A stretch of 64,000 nucleotides of DNA, taken from positions 100,194,001-100,258,000 of the forward strand of contig NC_058368.1 of the NCBI RefSeq assembly GCF_018350175.1. Reading direction: 5' to 3'. Below the pieces are notes generated by a model, which was given only the letters and a program-made list of their open reading frames with translations, was not told where the DNA came from and searched no databases. The DNA is from Felis catus (lineage: Eukaryota). Positions 1 through 12,359 of the stretch are shown in pieces. The stretch's first letter is position 1. Each line of letters starts with the position of its first letter. The translations under genes and the position numbers were made by a program.

Positions 1-3000
1 GCTGGTCTTCCTGACATTGACCTATTCCTTGATAAAGCTTTCATGAATTATCATTCTACCCAAGTTTCTGTCTTAGCACAGATCTGCAGGAAATCGAGGA
101 GTGAAGAGGGACAGAAAACTGCATCCTATCATAGCAGAGGGACAACTATTACCAGGCACAAGATGTGGCACACAATAAGAGGAACCTCTCTTCTTTCTTT
201 CTAGGTCTCAGAATATAGTGTTCCTTATGCCAGCTGCCTGGCTACCATGTCTCTGTCGACTCGTCCAGGGTGGCGACCCACAACCTCACACCAGGAACTG
301 TGGGCTGTGAGTGAGGCTTTGGGCTCTTCACCTCTTTACTGGATTATATTTATATTCATCACATCTTAAAGTTAGTCTGAGGAATGTGTACTTTTTTTTG
401 TAATCAGTAGGGTGGTTAAGAGGAGAGAATTTCTAACGGGTGGGAAGGTGACCATGTTAAATATGTCAATGTGATTGAGGGTGACGGAAAGTGGAAAAAC
501 CCTTAGATGAGTTCATTGGGATGCCACTGATGATGTGCTAAGAAGATGCTTCAGGGAGAGGAAGGGATAGAAACCAAATGATTGGCCATGAAGGCATAAA
601 AACGGAAGGATGCTATGAGAAGGGAGGCATTGACTTGGACCACTCTTTATCAAGAAGAGTGCGTGCATGGCTTATTACCTCTCTGAAGTCTGAGGGGAAG
701 AAGCCAGTAGAATGGAAGAAATCAAAGGTGCTAGAGAGATAGGACTAACCAGGGAAGCCAGCTACCAGGGAAGAAATACTTCTCTCTCTCTCTCTCTGAC
801 ATCTATGGAAAGAATAAGAGGGAATCCCCTTTATAACTTACTGTTTTCAATTAAGAGACTAAAATGCCCTTCATAAAATGCCCATGGAAAGGTAAAATAT
901 TAGACTGTTATCAGCCATGAACACTCTAATTTAAACCAGCTTTGGAAATCTGTGGGCAATAAACTGGTGATTAAGTATTTATTAAACATTTATTGCTTGC
1001 ATGCCATAAGGCATTGGACCTCTGCCCATTCTCTGAAAAGAGAGGCAAAATTATTTCAAAATGTTTATAGTACAGTAAGTAGAAAACTTTAAGGATTACT
1101 CCGGTCTTAACATCTTGTAACTTTGCATTATCTTTAATCAAGCCACATCATCATTTTCAGCAACACAAAAGGTGGGTGCCCAGCTTAGTGGGTAAAAATT
1201 TGCTGGGAACCTGCTATGTACACGTTCTGCGTTTGGCTGAGTTTAATGGGTGTTGAAAAAGAGGAAAAGAAGCAAGATGAACAGATGTGCCAGAATAGCT
1301 TGGAGAGCCAGAATTTGTGAAGAGTTGTCCCGATTCACAGCAAATATTTAAAACCTAGCATCTCAGGCATCTGCAAGAGGAGGATTTACAACACAGTATA
1401 TCCAAAATATTTTACTATATCAGTGGACACTTAGATAGAGTACTGAAAAAAAATCCCCCATCCATAGGAAGGGAGATCAAAAGAAAGAAAGCCTTCTCTC
1501 CACCCCTGGAAATGTTTTTTATTATGCCAAGGATAAGCAAGAGAGTCCTTGGACCTTTTTTTTTTTTTATTCTCAGAGTCTGAGTTTGAAATCTGTGACA
1601 CATAAATAAATAAGTTAATGTCCTCTGCCTCATCCATTTAAAAAAGTCAGACCAATTATGTATTTTTGCCTGAAGACAGTTGGCAGAACTGAAGGCTATT
1701 TTAAAGCCCACTTCAGCTCCAAGAGTTCTGGTTCTATGATAAACCGCTCAAGTGCACAGAAAATACCATACCCTCATTGGCCTTCGCAAACAAATCCACT
1801 TTTCTCTTGAACACAGTTGAAGGATGATTTGCTGTGCTTTTTGTTTTGGAAGTTTGGGAAGGTTTCCATGGTTTCTGTGTCCTCTTGGTCTCTTTTTCTG
1901 TGTATCAGCTTGACCATAGATTTACCAGAGGCCAACACTGTCATTTCCTTAGATGTATGTCCCTCAGGCATGCATTCCACAGAGGCGGTATAAATTGGCT
2001 TTGGGGGTGACATAATTTTAGATAATATATTGGTTTATGGTCTACCAAGGGGCCATAATACATAATCAGACATAAAGTTTATCTGTGGTATTAAAATTTC
2101 CTACTTGGGGGGTAATTAGCAAAAAATATATATATAATGACTTGGAGAGAGAACAATAATGAAAACAAGGGTAAGCAACACTGTTGGGGGCAAAGAGTCC
2201 TCAGGAATTTAAGATGTGTTGGGCAAGACTCCGGTGCGTCAAATACGCTTTTTTTTTTTTTTTTTTTTTTTTTTAGTTTTAAAAGTCTATATTTAAAGCA
2301 CATCCCCCACCCTTTCTTTCTAATCTACCACAGGACACTTTCTGCAAATGTTTAAATGTAGACCTTTTCAAAGTCAATGCAGTATGTAAAACTCAACTTA
2401 TGCAGAGTCTTTTCTGGTGACAGTAGGCCTATCTTGGAAAGCGACTCTGCCTTTTGAGGTCAGCCTATACTCTATGGCTTTCTGGCCGCCAGGTCTTGAA
2501 GGAGGCAGTGGAAAAGGAATCATCGAGCACCAGAAAGACATACAATTTCATTCTCAGGTTTGTTTTGGATTAGCCTGCAGCTAAGGGCAAGTCACTTAAA
2601 GCTTCTAAACCCTTTTCCTCACCTGTAAAACAAGGAAACCAGTGATTTACCTTGTGGGGTTGTTGAAGGGTTTGAGATGAGGGGTATGTGCTATTTTTGA
2701 GTTAGGCAGAAAGTCAACAATGACTGGATAGAAAAGAACAAGATACCCAGTGGCCCTATTTTGCCAAAGTTCACAAATGTCCCGTTTGAGCTCCTGCTGC
2801 TGTCATTAAAAAAAAAAAAAAAAAAATCTTGCATGCATAATGTAGCCCCCCTGTCCAGTTCCAAGAATGAAGTATTCAAAAGCATTATAGGTAGCTTTCA
2901 GTGTAAGACTGGGACTTTGTGTCAACAAAGGGACATCAGGACCTTCAGAGATGCCGGCAAGGAGCGATATTTCTCCTCCATAAAAATCACCCATGATTTA

Positions 3001-3084
3001 TTCCTTTAATGAAAACATCAGGGGCTTGTGCAGGCACAACAGCTGTGATTTTATGAAGGGAACATAAGCCAGAATTCCTTGTGG

Positions 3085-3207
3085 TGGGGCTGTTGCCACA
3101 AGGGGTCAGATCTAGATTATGGGTGGAGCCTGGCGTCATCCTACGGTGACACCAACATGACTCGACAGCAAATAGTTTGAAATAACTCTCAACTGTTTAA
3201 GGTGAGA
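3085..3207 (+). promoter_or_regulatory. Possible promoter and non-coding first exon of ZNF474
   Basis: Non-repeat sequence with retained CpGs, CRE half-site (gCGTCA), RFX-like half-sites (GTTGCC, GGTGAC) and donor AAG|GTGAGA at 3201|3202. Motif evidence only. Confidence 0.3.
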
Positions 3208-4333
3208 AGAACTCACACAATACCAAGCCACACTAAGCCTGTGTAAGTAAGGGCTTCAATGTCTTTGATCTGATGTTGAGTTGAGTATCTGGAGAGGGAA
3301 AAGAAAATGAACCCAGTTACCTTGAAGCTTACGCTCGGTGCTCTTTGTCCACTCTGCACATGTGAGCACTTTAGCTGTTGCCACGAATCAAGGGCTTTCC
3401 TCCCTGATGTTATAAATAGGGATGAGTAAATATTTTGGATTCATCAGCCTCCAAGTATTCTTCAGATGTTTTAGGTTTGAGCAAACAGACTACGTCGTGC
3501 TGAGTACATTCTCCCTTGATTTTTTTTTTTTAAGGACCATGGGTGATTTATGGGAAATGGAATCCATATGTTTCTGCTTCATTTACACTCTAGTCATCAA
3601 AAGGTTTCTTGTAAGAGCTATTTGATGTCCAAGATGCCCTTTGAGCTTGGTTTTGTTGTTGTTGTTGTTGTTGAAGTGTAAGCTGCTTAAAAGTGTTGGT
3701 CCCTTTAAAAGGCAGAGAAAGAGAGAGACAGAGAGACTGGGAAGGCCTGTTTTGCCAAGATGAAATAGATTTGAACACCAGGAAGTTCGGTTTAAGCTGA
3801 AACTATAAACCCATGAATTTCAAATGGGTCCAGAATTTGCAAGAAAACAAAGTCTCCTCCGAGGCCAGTTTCAGGAGCAGCTCTGATAAATACAGAAAAG
3901 CAGCTAGCAGTTCACAACCCCACCGGGGAAGAGAGGGCTATGAACGCTGTTAGCTGCCCAGCTAACACATGTGCCCACTGCTGGGGAAGCTGTTGTCTCC
4001 GGTCCTCGGGAGAGCAGTGTCTCCAGTCCAGATCAAGAACTCTTTGCCCTATTTAAGCATGGCAGTATCTGCTCTCCATGTTTTCCCGGGGCTGTCCTGA
4101 CCTAGGCCAGCGTTTCCCATCTGTTCTCCTGCCATCTGGCCCAAATACCTGGCCACTGAATGGGATCCTGTGTGTGCATTTGGGACGGTGTTTATTTATT
4201 GGGCAATTTCTTTAGAAATATCTCATTGAGCTCACAATAGGGCCGGGAAAACATGGAGTTTGAGTAAAGTACAAAATAGGTTAACTAGGGACCTACAAAT
4301 TAGGAAAAAGCCAATGTAAAACCAAGTTTTCTT

Positions 4334-4541
4334 GGGGTGCCTGGGTGGCTCAGTCAGGTAAGCAACTGACTCTTGGTTTCAGCTCAGGTCTTGATCTTAC
4401 AGTTCATGAGATCGAGCCCTGGGTTGGGCTCTGCACTGACAGCCTGGAGTCTGCTTGGGATCCTCTGTCTCCCTCTCTCTCTGTCCCTCTTCCATGCTCT
4501 GTCTGTCTCAAAATAAGTAAATAAACTTTCAATAAATTAGT
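4334..4541 (+). mobile_element. CanSINE
   Basis: ggggtgcctgggtggctcag head, CT tract, A tail, TSD aaaac(c/t)aagttttct. Confidence 0.9.
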
Positions 4542-4663
4542 AAAACTAAGTTTTCTTTCTCTCACTCTTAGAGCAGCTCTTAAGTCCTTTTAGGCATGCT
4601 TTATCACTTATCTGTGGTATTTTATGAAAGGTTTCAGAAGAAAAACATCCCAGTTGGAATTAT

Positions 4664-4936
4664 TTTATGTGATAGTATAATTGAAATAGCATTAAATCTC
4701 TGTAGAGTATGTGTGCGTGTATATGTATTTGTAGATACATATATATGAACATATATGAATATATATATGTATATATATGAATGTATATATATGTGTGTAT
4801 ATATATTCATCTTTAGAGCATTATAGTTGTTAGAATGTGGAAGTTCATTATCCACAGGGTCTTTAGATGTGGTATGAAGTTTTATGTGATAGTATAATTG
4901 AAATATCATTAAATCTCTGTAGAGTATGTGTGTGTG

Positions 4937-4974
<38 letters not shown>

Positions 4975-5070
4975 CATATATATGAATATATATATTCATC
5001 TTTAGAGCATTATAGATGTTAGAATGTGGGACTGCATTATCCAGCAGGGTCTTTAGATGTGGTATGAAGT
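4664..5070. repeat. Tandem duplication, units 4664-4880 and 4881-5070, each with an internal TA/TG microsatellite
   Basis: tttatgtgatagtataattgaaat...ctttagatgtggtatgaagt occurs twice. Confidence 0.92.
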
Positions 5071-5194
5071 CACTTCAACAGAATTCACAGTCCTGTGAAT
5101 TACCTATATATTTTATTTCAGTTATCTGGGGGTAAGGGAGAGTGTTTTAGAATCTTAGAGGTTAGGGTTTTCCCCCCAACTCCTACACTTAAGG

Positions 5195-5535
5195 TGTTAT
5201 GCCCAGAATTCATGATCCCCAAATACCGCCAGGGAGCCGAGTCCGATGCAAAAGCAAAAGAGACTTTATTCGAGCTAGCTCGAGCTCAATCCCCTACCTG
5301 CACCGACGCAGCGGTGAGATACCAGGGAGAGAGAGCGAGTTTCAAAAGGACAAAGGTTTTATTGGGGCCTAGGGGTAGTTGGTGAGGTAATGGCTGTGGC
5401 TTCAGCTGATTGGCTGGGGAAGGGTCCGAGTCCTGTTAGGCAGGTGAGGGGGGCAGTTACTCAAGGGGAGGAGGTGTGGTCAAGGTGAAGGACACAGAAC
5501 AAGATGGAGTCTGCCGGCGTAGGCCCGCCCTTTCA
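5195..5535 (-). mobile_element. Solo ERV LTR (class I / gammaretrovirus-like), young
   Basis: Minus strand starts TGAAAG and ends ATAACA; 4-bp TSD AAGG (5191-5194, 5536-5539); CCAAT, TATA-like and AATAAA in the expected order; many intact CpGs. Confidence 0.88.
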
Positions 5536-5819
5536 AAGGAACGTTTAGCAGAATATTTCCAACATCATTACCCAGTAACTACTACAGTTAACATTTGGGT
5601 GTCTGTTCTTTGAGTCAAGCATGTGACTGTGCACACACATGCACACACAGAGTTTGATGAGATTGTAGTATTTCTTCTGTTTTGCAGCTTCTCTTTTCAA
5701 AAATATACAGCAGCCTTTCCCGTGTTTATAAACTGTTTTACCTCCTGAGCTTTAGTGCGTACAGACTATTTCATCGTAGGAATGTACCACAATTAGCTTA
5801 ATGTCTCAGAGTATTTTTA

Positions 5820-6041
5820 TTTTTATTTTTATTTTTCAACGTTTATTTATTTTTGGGACAGAGAGAGACAGAGCATGAACAGGGGAGGGGCAGAGAGAGA
5901 GAGAGAGACACAGAATCGGAAACAGGCTCCAGGCTCTGAGCCATCAGCCCAGAGCCTGACGCGGGGCTCGAACTCACGGACCGCGAGATCGTGACCTGGC
6001 TGAAGTCGGACGCTTAACCGACTGCGCCACCCAGGCGCCCC
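5820..6041 (-). mobile_element. Young felid CanSINE
   Basis: CpGs intact; TSD tcagagtattttta. Confidence 0.95.
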
Positions 6042-6120
6042 TCAGAGTATTTTTAAATACGGGGCTTAAACAAATAATTCTTTCAGATACATTCTAAAAT
6101 GTTTTTAAAGTTGTTTGCTA

Positions 6121-6289
6121 TAGTGACATCTGGGTAACTCAGCTGCTTAAGTGTCTAACTCTTGATTTCAGTTCAGGTCACGATCTCACAGTTTGTGAGT
6201 TCGAGCCCAGTGTTGGGCTCTGCACTCACAGCATGAAGTCTGCTTGGGATTCTCTCTCTCCCTCTCTCTCTCTGCACTCCCTCACTCGT

Positions 6290-6334
<45 letters not shown>

Positions 6335-6355
6335 AACAAGTAAACATTAAAAAAA
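6121..6355 (+). mobile_element. CanSINE (older)
   Basis: Degenerate head, long (CT)n, TSD taaagttgtt(t/c)gcta. Confidence 0.85.
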
Positions 6356-7574
6356 TAAAGTTGTTCGCTATAACTTAGGACACATTAGAAAATAAACTAC
6401 CCATAACTTCTACATCTTATATGTCCTTATACACGTACTCTTTGAGAGCCATATTTGGAGAATATCCATCTCTGTCTTTAAGAGTCCAAGCTTCCTCAGT
6501 ATACATGATGCTTTTTAAAGACCTTAGAAAAGGTCAGTAAGATAATCAGTAAATTTTGTTTCTTCCTCCTTGGAAAAAAAAGTTTCCACTCCATTCCCAC
6601 TCTAAGAAGAGCCTTGTGGCTTCAATTCATGCACCTCTCTCCTTGTTGGATGCTTAGTCCATTGGTAAAGTTCCTGGAGTCACCTTAAAAGAAAGCTGAA
6701 ATCCATACCTATTTTACTGTTGGTTTCCAAGTTCCTTCACCCCTTGTTGTGGATCTTTCCAATCGTTACTAGAGAACTCAGTCCTATCCCTTTTGTTGAC
6801 AGGTTGCCAGGATACCTCTAGGCGACAAAGGCTGGGGCTCCCCTTTCAAGCAGCCGCACACACTGTAAGAATTCTTGCAAGAGGGAATGTGAATCCTGGA
6901 GCTAATTCTGCCCATTTCCACCAACCCCCTCCCTGAGGGGCTCAGCTGGCCGTGCTAAAAGCCACAGTAGAAAGGTGAAAACGAATATTACAAGGTGAGG
7001 CTCTCTCTGGGAAGGCATGCTTTTTCTCTGTTGTCTAACAAATCAATCAGTCTCCAACCATACCTTTCAACTAATAATAGATTCTTATTTTAGGTAATCC
7101 TGATCTCCACTTCTGTCTCACTGTTATACTCACTGTTATTCATTCTCTAGTGAAAAAGCAAATACTTTCTCACTAGGGAAAAGGAATCTAAAATAAAATA
7201 ATTAATCATTGAATAAAAAAAACCAAGTACTGCTACACAAAATAACAAATATCATTTTACTTTATTGGATGATACTGGCTATGGATTACAGATTTTAGTG
7301 GCTAAAAGAGAACCAAATTCCATTGGAAGCAATAATAGTATTTAAACCTGTAATTATTTAAAAATAATTTTCTTCAAAGAAAGGTAGAAAAAATACGTTT
7401 TATGTTAATCTAGGATTATATGTGTATTAACCAAATTATCCTTGAAAGAAAAAGGGGTGATAAAGGCTATAGTTACTCAACTGATTTGGCAGATTTTTTT
7501 ATTGAGATGAAATGTACATGGAGAAATGTAACTAATCTTAAGTTCTTAAATTCAAGTTCCAAAGTCAGTGGGTT

Positions 7575-7580
<6 letters not shown>

Positions 7581-7628
<48 letters not shown>
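7581..7628. repeat. (AT)n microsatellite
   Basis: Pure run. Confidence 0.95.
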
Positions 7629-7630
<2 letters not shown>

Positions 7631-9027
7631 CCATGTAAACCATCACCTTAATCAAGAAATAGGACATTTCTATCCCCCAGAAAGTTTCTTCATATCCTTT
7701 CCAGTCAGTCATCTTTCTGTGAGCACCCATGTTCTGATATCTATCACTAGAGAATGATTTGGCTGTCCATGAACTTCATATGAATACACTCACACAGTGT
7801 GTATTCTTGAATCTAACTTCTTAGACTCAGTGGAATGTTTTTGAGATCATTTCATATTTCTATGTATATTACTGGTTCAATTCTTTTTATAGGGGAATGT
7901 TAATACATTATAGGATTATTCCGCATTTGTTTACCTATTCTCCTATTCGTTAATATTTGGCTTATTTCTAGCTTGGGTTTCCTATAACTAAAGTTGCTAT
8001 ATCCATTCTCGCACAAGTGTTTTGGTAGACATATATTCTCCTGTTTCTTAGGTTCAGACCTAGGATAGAAATTGAAGTAGATGTATGTTTAATTTTATAA
8101 TGGGGAAATGATATGTCGCTGTGGTTATCATTTGCGTTTCCCCGACTAATGAAGCTGAACATTTTTACGTGAGCTTGGTTGGAGACTGGTATTTTGCTTT
8201 TATTAAGTTCGCGTTCTTTGTTCCTTTTAGAGACTTCCTTTCTTGTTTATACCATCTTTACCAATGTGTAACTCACATCCAGTAATATGTGCACATTTTA
8301 AGTACACAGTTTGAGGAGTTGTGACAAATGATTACATCCATCCACCCACCAATTATATCAGTATGAGAACACGTCCATTAATGTTTGTAGTGCAGTCTCC
8401 ACCCACCCATCTGTCTACCTGTGAGCAATCACCAATCTATTTTCTGCCACTTGCAGATCAGCTTTGCCCGTTCTAGGGTTTCATGTAATATTTTAGGGTA
8501 ATATTATAGGGTAATATTGCAGGGTAATACTCTGCTGTGTGAATATTCCATAATTTGTTTACTTGCTTACTTGTCGACGTACACTTGTGTGGTTTCTTAA
8601 ATTTTTCACCATTAAGAGCAGAAGCTGCTTTAAACATTTGTACATGTCTTTTGTGGACATATGTTTTCACTTCTCTTGGGTAATTATTTAGGGACAAATG
8701 TCCATGTCAGTAAGTAGGTATAGGCTCAACTTTGTGAGATTCTGCCAAACTGTCCTCCAGAGTCTTTATGTATTTCACAAGCCATCCCAAGCATGTAAGG
8801 GAGTTCTGGTATTTCCGTTTACCATTAACACTAACACTTAGTGTTAGCAACCTTTCTAATTTTAGCCATCCTATTGTGTAGTATTTCTGGTTTTAGTTTG
8901 CAATTTGCTAATGACTGACAGTTAATGATGTTGAATTTACTTCATGAACGTATGGACTATTTATACTTTTTCTGTTGTGCAGAGTTTGTTCAAAGCTTTC
9001 GCCCATTTTTAAAAATTGGGTTGTTTG

Positions 9028-9257
9028 GGGGCGCCTGGGTGGCGCAGTCGGTTAAGCGTCCGACTTCAGCCAGGTCACGATCTCGCGGTCCGTGAGTTCG
9101 AGCCCCACGTCAGGCTCTGGGCTGACGGCTCAGAGCCTGGAGCCTGTTTCCGATTCTGTGTCTCCCTCTCTCTCTGCCCCTCCCCCGTTCATGCTCTGTC
9201 TCTCTCTGTCCCAAAAAAAATAAATAAACGTTGAAAAAAAAAAAATTTAAAAAAAAA
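9028..9257 (+). mobile_element. Young felid CanSINE
   Basis: TSD aaaaattgggttgtttg; long A tail. Confidence 0.95.
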
Positions 9258-9274
9258 AAAAATTGGGTTGTTTG

Positions 9275-9412
9275 AAATTTGTTCATAGATACATGTACAT
9301 ATATTATGTATGTGTGTGTATATATATCATACATATGTGATATAAATTTGTTCATAGATACATGTACATATGTTATGTATGTGTGTGTATATATATCATA
9401 TATATGTGATAT
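9275..9412. repeat. 69-bp tandem duplication
   Basis: aaatttgttcatagatacatgtacatat... twice, 2 mismatches. Confidence 0.9.
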
Positions 9413-10857
9413 AAATCCTTTTCACATACATGTCTCATAAACATTTCTTTCCAATCTGTAGCTTGGCTTTTAACTTTCTTAATGGTGGTTTTTAAAGAGC
9501 AGAAGTTTCTAATTTATATGAAAGAAAACTTTGAATGCTGTTTCTTTTAAGTTTAGTGCTCTTCTATGTTTTGTCTAAGAAATCTTTGTATCTATCAAGG
9601 TCATGAAGATATTCTCCTAATTGCTTTCTTCTAGAAGCTTTATAGCTTTTATACTTGTACGTTTCATATATTATAATTTTTATATTTAGTTCTCTGAGCC
9701 ATTTTAAGTTTCATGTGTGGTAAAAGTAAAGAGCTGATATTAGCTTTTCTCTGACATGTATCCAAATGTTCCACCACCTTTTGTTTAAAAGATTTTCCTC
9801 CCTCCATAAATTGCCTTAGCATCTTTGTCAAAAATCAATTGACTGCATATGTGAACCAACCATATATTTATTGACTCTCTTCTGTTACATGAGCCCATTT
9901 ATCTGTCTTTATTGGCATTGTTAATTTTTAATAAGCCAGCTCCTCTTGGCTTATAAGCAGTGCAGCACATACTAAAAACAAATATACAAGTGGAGTCCTT
10001 CCATGACTTCTTGCCAGTGGAACTATGCACAGGAGTTTGAATTAGGTTAGACATTTTTTTCTTGCATGCTGTACAAATGTTTCCTTTGGAAATAATCTGA
10101 TTTTAAGTGATTCTTTAACAAAAAAAAAAACACCAAAAAATATCCAGTCAGAAATGTTTTCAAGAATGATAATCCCAGACAAATATAGATTTTTTTTCCA
10201 ATGCATTTATACCAAATGATTCATGACCTTAATTTTCATTCATTCATTCAATAATTTGTTGAGTGTCTACTATATTCCAGGCACTGTTTTGGACAAGAAA
10301 AGATGGAAGGAGAATATTTCATAAGTTCATAAATTTTGCAAGGAAGCATTATTTATAATCTCCACTCTATTGCCTATTTAACAGCATATTTATAATTATA
10401 ATTACAGAGAAAAAAATCTTTGGTAAAATAAACATCAGATTAAATGTCTTCATACATTCCTATGAATTGACAGAAAAGTATCAACACTCAAGTGTTTACA
10501 AAGGTACATCATTTCCTCAGGTTTTCCAGATGTGCTGTCACTGTCAAAATATATCCATTCCTCTGAGCCTCAGATTGTAAGCTCTCATTTCTGTCATTTG
10601 CATTTTTCAGCTTATTTTAGAATTAGAATTTCATATATGATTTCTAAGAGAAATTTCTTTGCAGACTGGACCTTAATACAGCTCTATGTAATATCGTCTA
10701 AATAATTTCCCCAGCTTCTCTGGTGAGTGAAAGATTTTCAAGAATATATGCAATTCTAAAAAACAAAGCAAAACAAAACAAAACTGTAAGTAGTGAAGAA
10801 TGCAAACAGTTCCAGAACACCCTTCCTGAGGAAGCAGGTGATGATTCCTGTGGGGTC

Positions 10858-11078
10858 TTTTTTTTTTTTTTTTTTTGATGTTTATTTTCGTGAGAGTCAG
10901 AGAGAGACAGTCTGTGAGCAGGGGACAGACAGAGAGAGGGAGACACAGAATCCGAAGCAGGCTCCAGGTTCCAAGCTGTCAGCACAGAGCCCAACGTGGG
11001 GCTCAAACTCATGAGCTGTGAGATCATGACCTGAGCCGAAGTCGGTTACCCAACCAACTGATCCACCCAGGCGACCCT
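10858..11078 (-). mobile_element. CanSINE
   Basis: TSD cctgtgg(g/a)gtctt. Confidence 0.9.
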
Positions 11079-11427
11079 CCTGTGGAGTCTTAAAAACACA
11101 GCAGCATTTCCTAAATATCATAGCATACAAGTATGGCACTACACATAACACACACCATGTTGGGGCAGCAGGGAGGGAGAATGTACGGGAAGCAAGCTCT
11201 TGAGAGGTGGAAAGCAATGGCAAGCTGCAAATAGAACGTCCAGAGTGCAGTGTGGGTGAGAGGTTTTTTTGAGAGAAGATGCTACAAGGAGTCTGATGCA
11301 GTCCTACACAAGCAGAACTTGGTAGAGTTCTGGCTGCACTGAGTGCTCTTCTGTGAATTCACACTGATTCATGGTTGGATGTTTCACTGTTAAAATAAAA
11401 TGGAGTCTCATTTGTATGCTCTAATTC

Positions 11428-11634
11428 AGGAGTGCTCAAAGTTTTCCTATTAAATGCCCAGATAGTAAATAATTCAGGCCTTTTAGGCCATATGCTCTGC
11501 AGTTGTGGGGCAAACAGAGCCAAAGTTAAACACGTAAATGAATAAGCATGACTCTGGTCCAGTAACCCTTATTTACAAAAAGAAGTAGACAGCTGTCCAA
11601 ATTTGGCTAGTGAGCTGTAGTTTTCTGACCCTTG
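11428..11634. mobile_element. MER58-like hAT MITE
   Basis: cagatagtaaata..ggccatatg..tttacaaaa..gctgtagtt..tgaccc, with degenerate inverted ends. Confidence 0.65.
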
Positions 11635-12359
11635 TCTAATCTTCATTTCTGATGAAATACCTTCCAATTTCATACATTGGCCTTTAAAGGCCTCTGGCTT
11701 TTAAACAGTTGGCTTTGGAACTTTTCTTCCTCTGAGTGCCCCATAGTCCGTAATTCTCTTCTAAAGAAATATGACTTCCAAGGAGAATAATTAAAGTTTG
11801 AAAGTCATCTGCACTCAGAATGCATGTGATCAAGAGAGACCACATATAAATGAGCTCAACTCAGGAAAGCCAAATTGTCAGATCTTTCTTCAGCTTTCTG
11901 CCTAATCATACAGCACCCAGTACCTGATCTCGCTAGTCATATATCAGCTCTGTCTATCTATCTATCTATCTATCTATATATATATATATCTATTTATGTA
12001 TATGTCTATCTCCATTCTTGGGGGAAGATCCGAGCCATCGATGTTGTTGCTCATTAGTTAAGAAATAGTCTTTGCCATGAGGGCTTGGTCCAGTACATAG
12101 TCCTTGGCTGGATTCTCATTTCCCTTGGATTCGGTAGAGTTATACTTCTAAAGCTAGAATACCAATTCCTAATTCCTTGAGGATTACAAGGAACAAGGTT
12201 TAGAGGCCCAGGTATCTCCAAGACTTGAGAAAATACCACAAAGCTGGCTGTTAGCCCTTCCTTTCCAAAGTTCCTGTTAATTGTATTTTCACCCCTCTAT
12301 TTAAATAGGTTTGCTTTTGTTTAAAATTTTATTTTAAAGTTTTAATATAAAATCAAGCT

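Larger units (their letters stand above)
7495..9900 (-). mobile_element. Cluster of old L1 (L1M-type) 3' fragments with inserted SINE and microsatellites
   Basis: Degenerate L1 motifs (ttttgtggacatatgttttcacttctcttggg, ttttagccatcct, tttgtcaaaaatcaattgac). Confidence 0.75.

Noticed and set aside
1774..2013. 79-aa minus-strand ORF
   Set aside because: No recognisable family or convincing splice structure.
9016..9355. Recurrent ORFs such as GAPGWRSRLSVRLQPGHDL and AQVMISRFVSSSP
   Set aside because: Translations of CanSINE copies.
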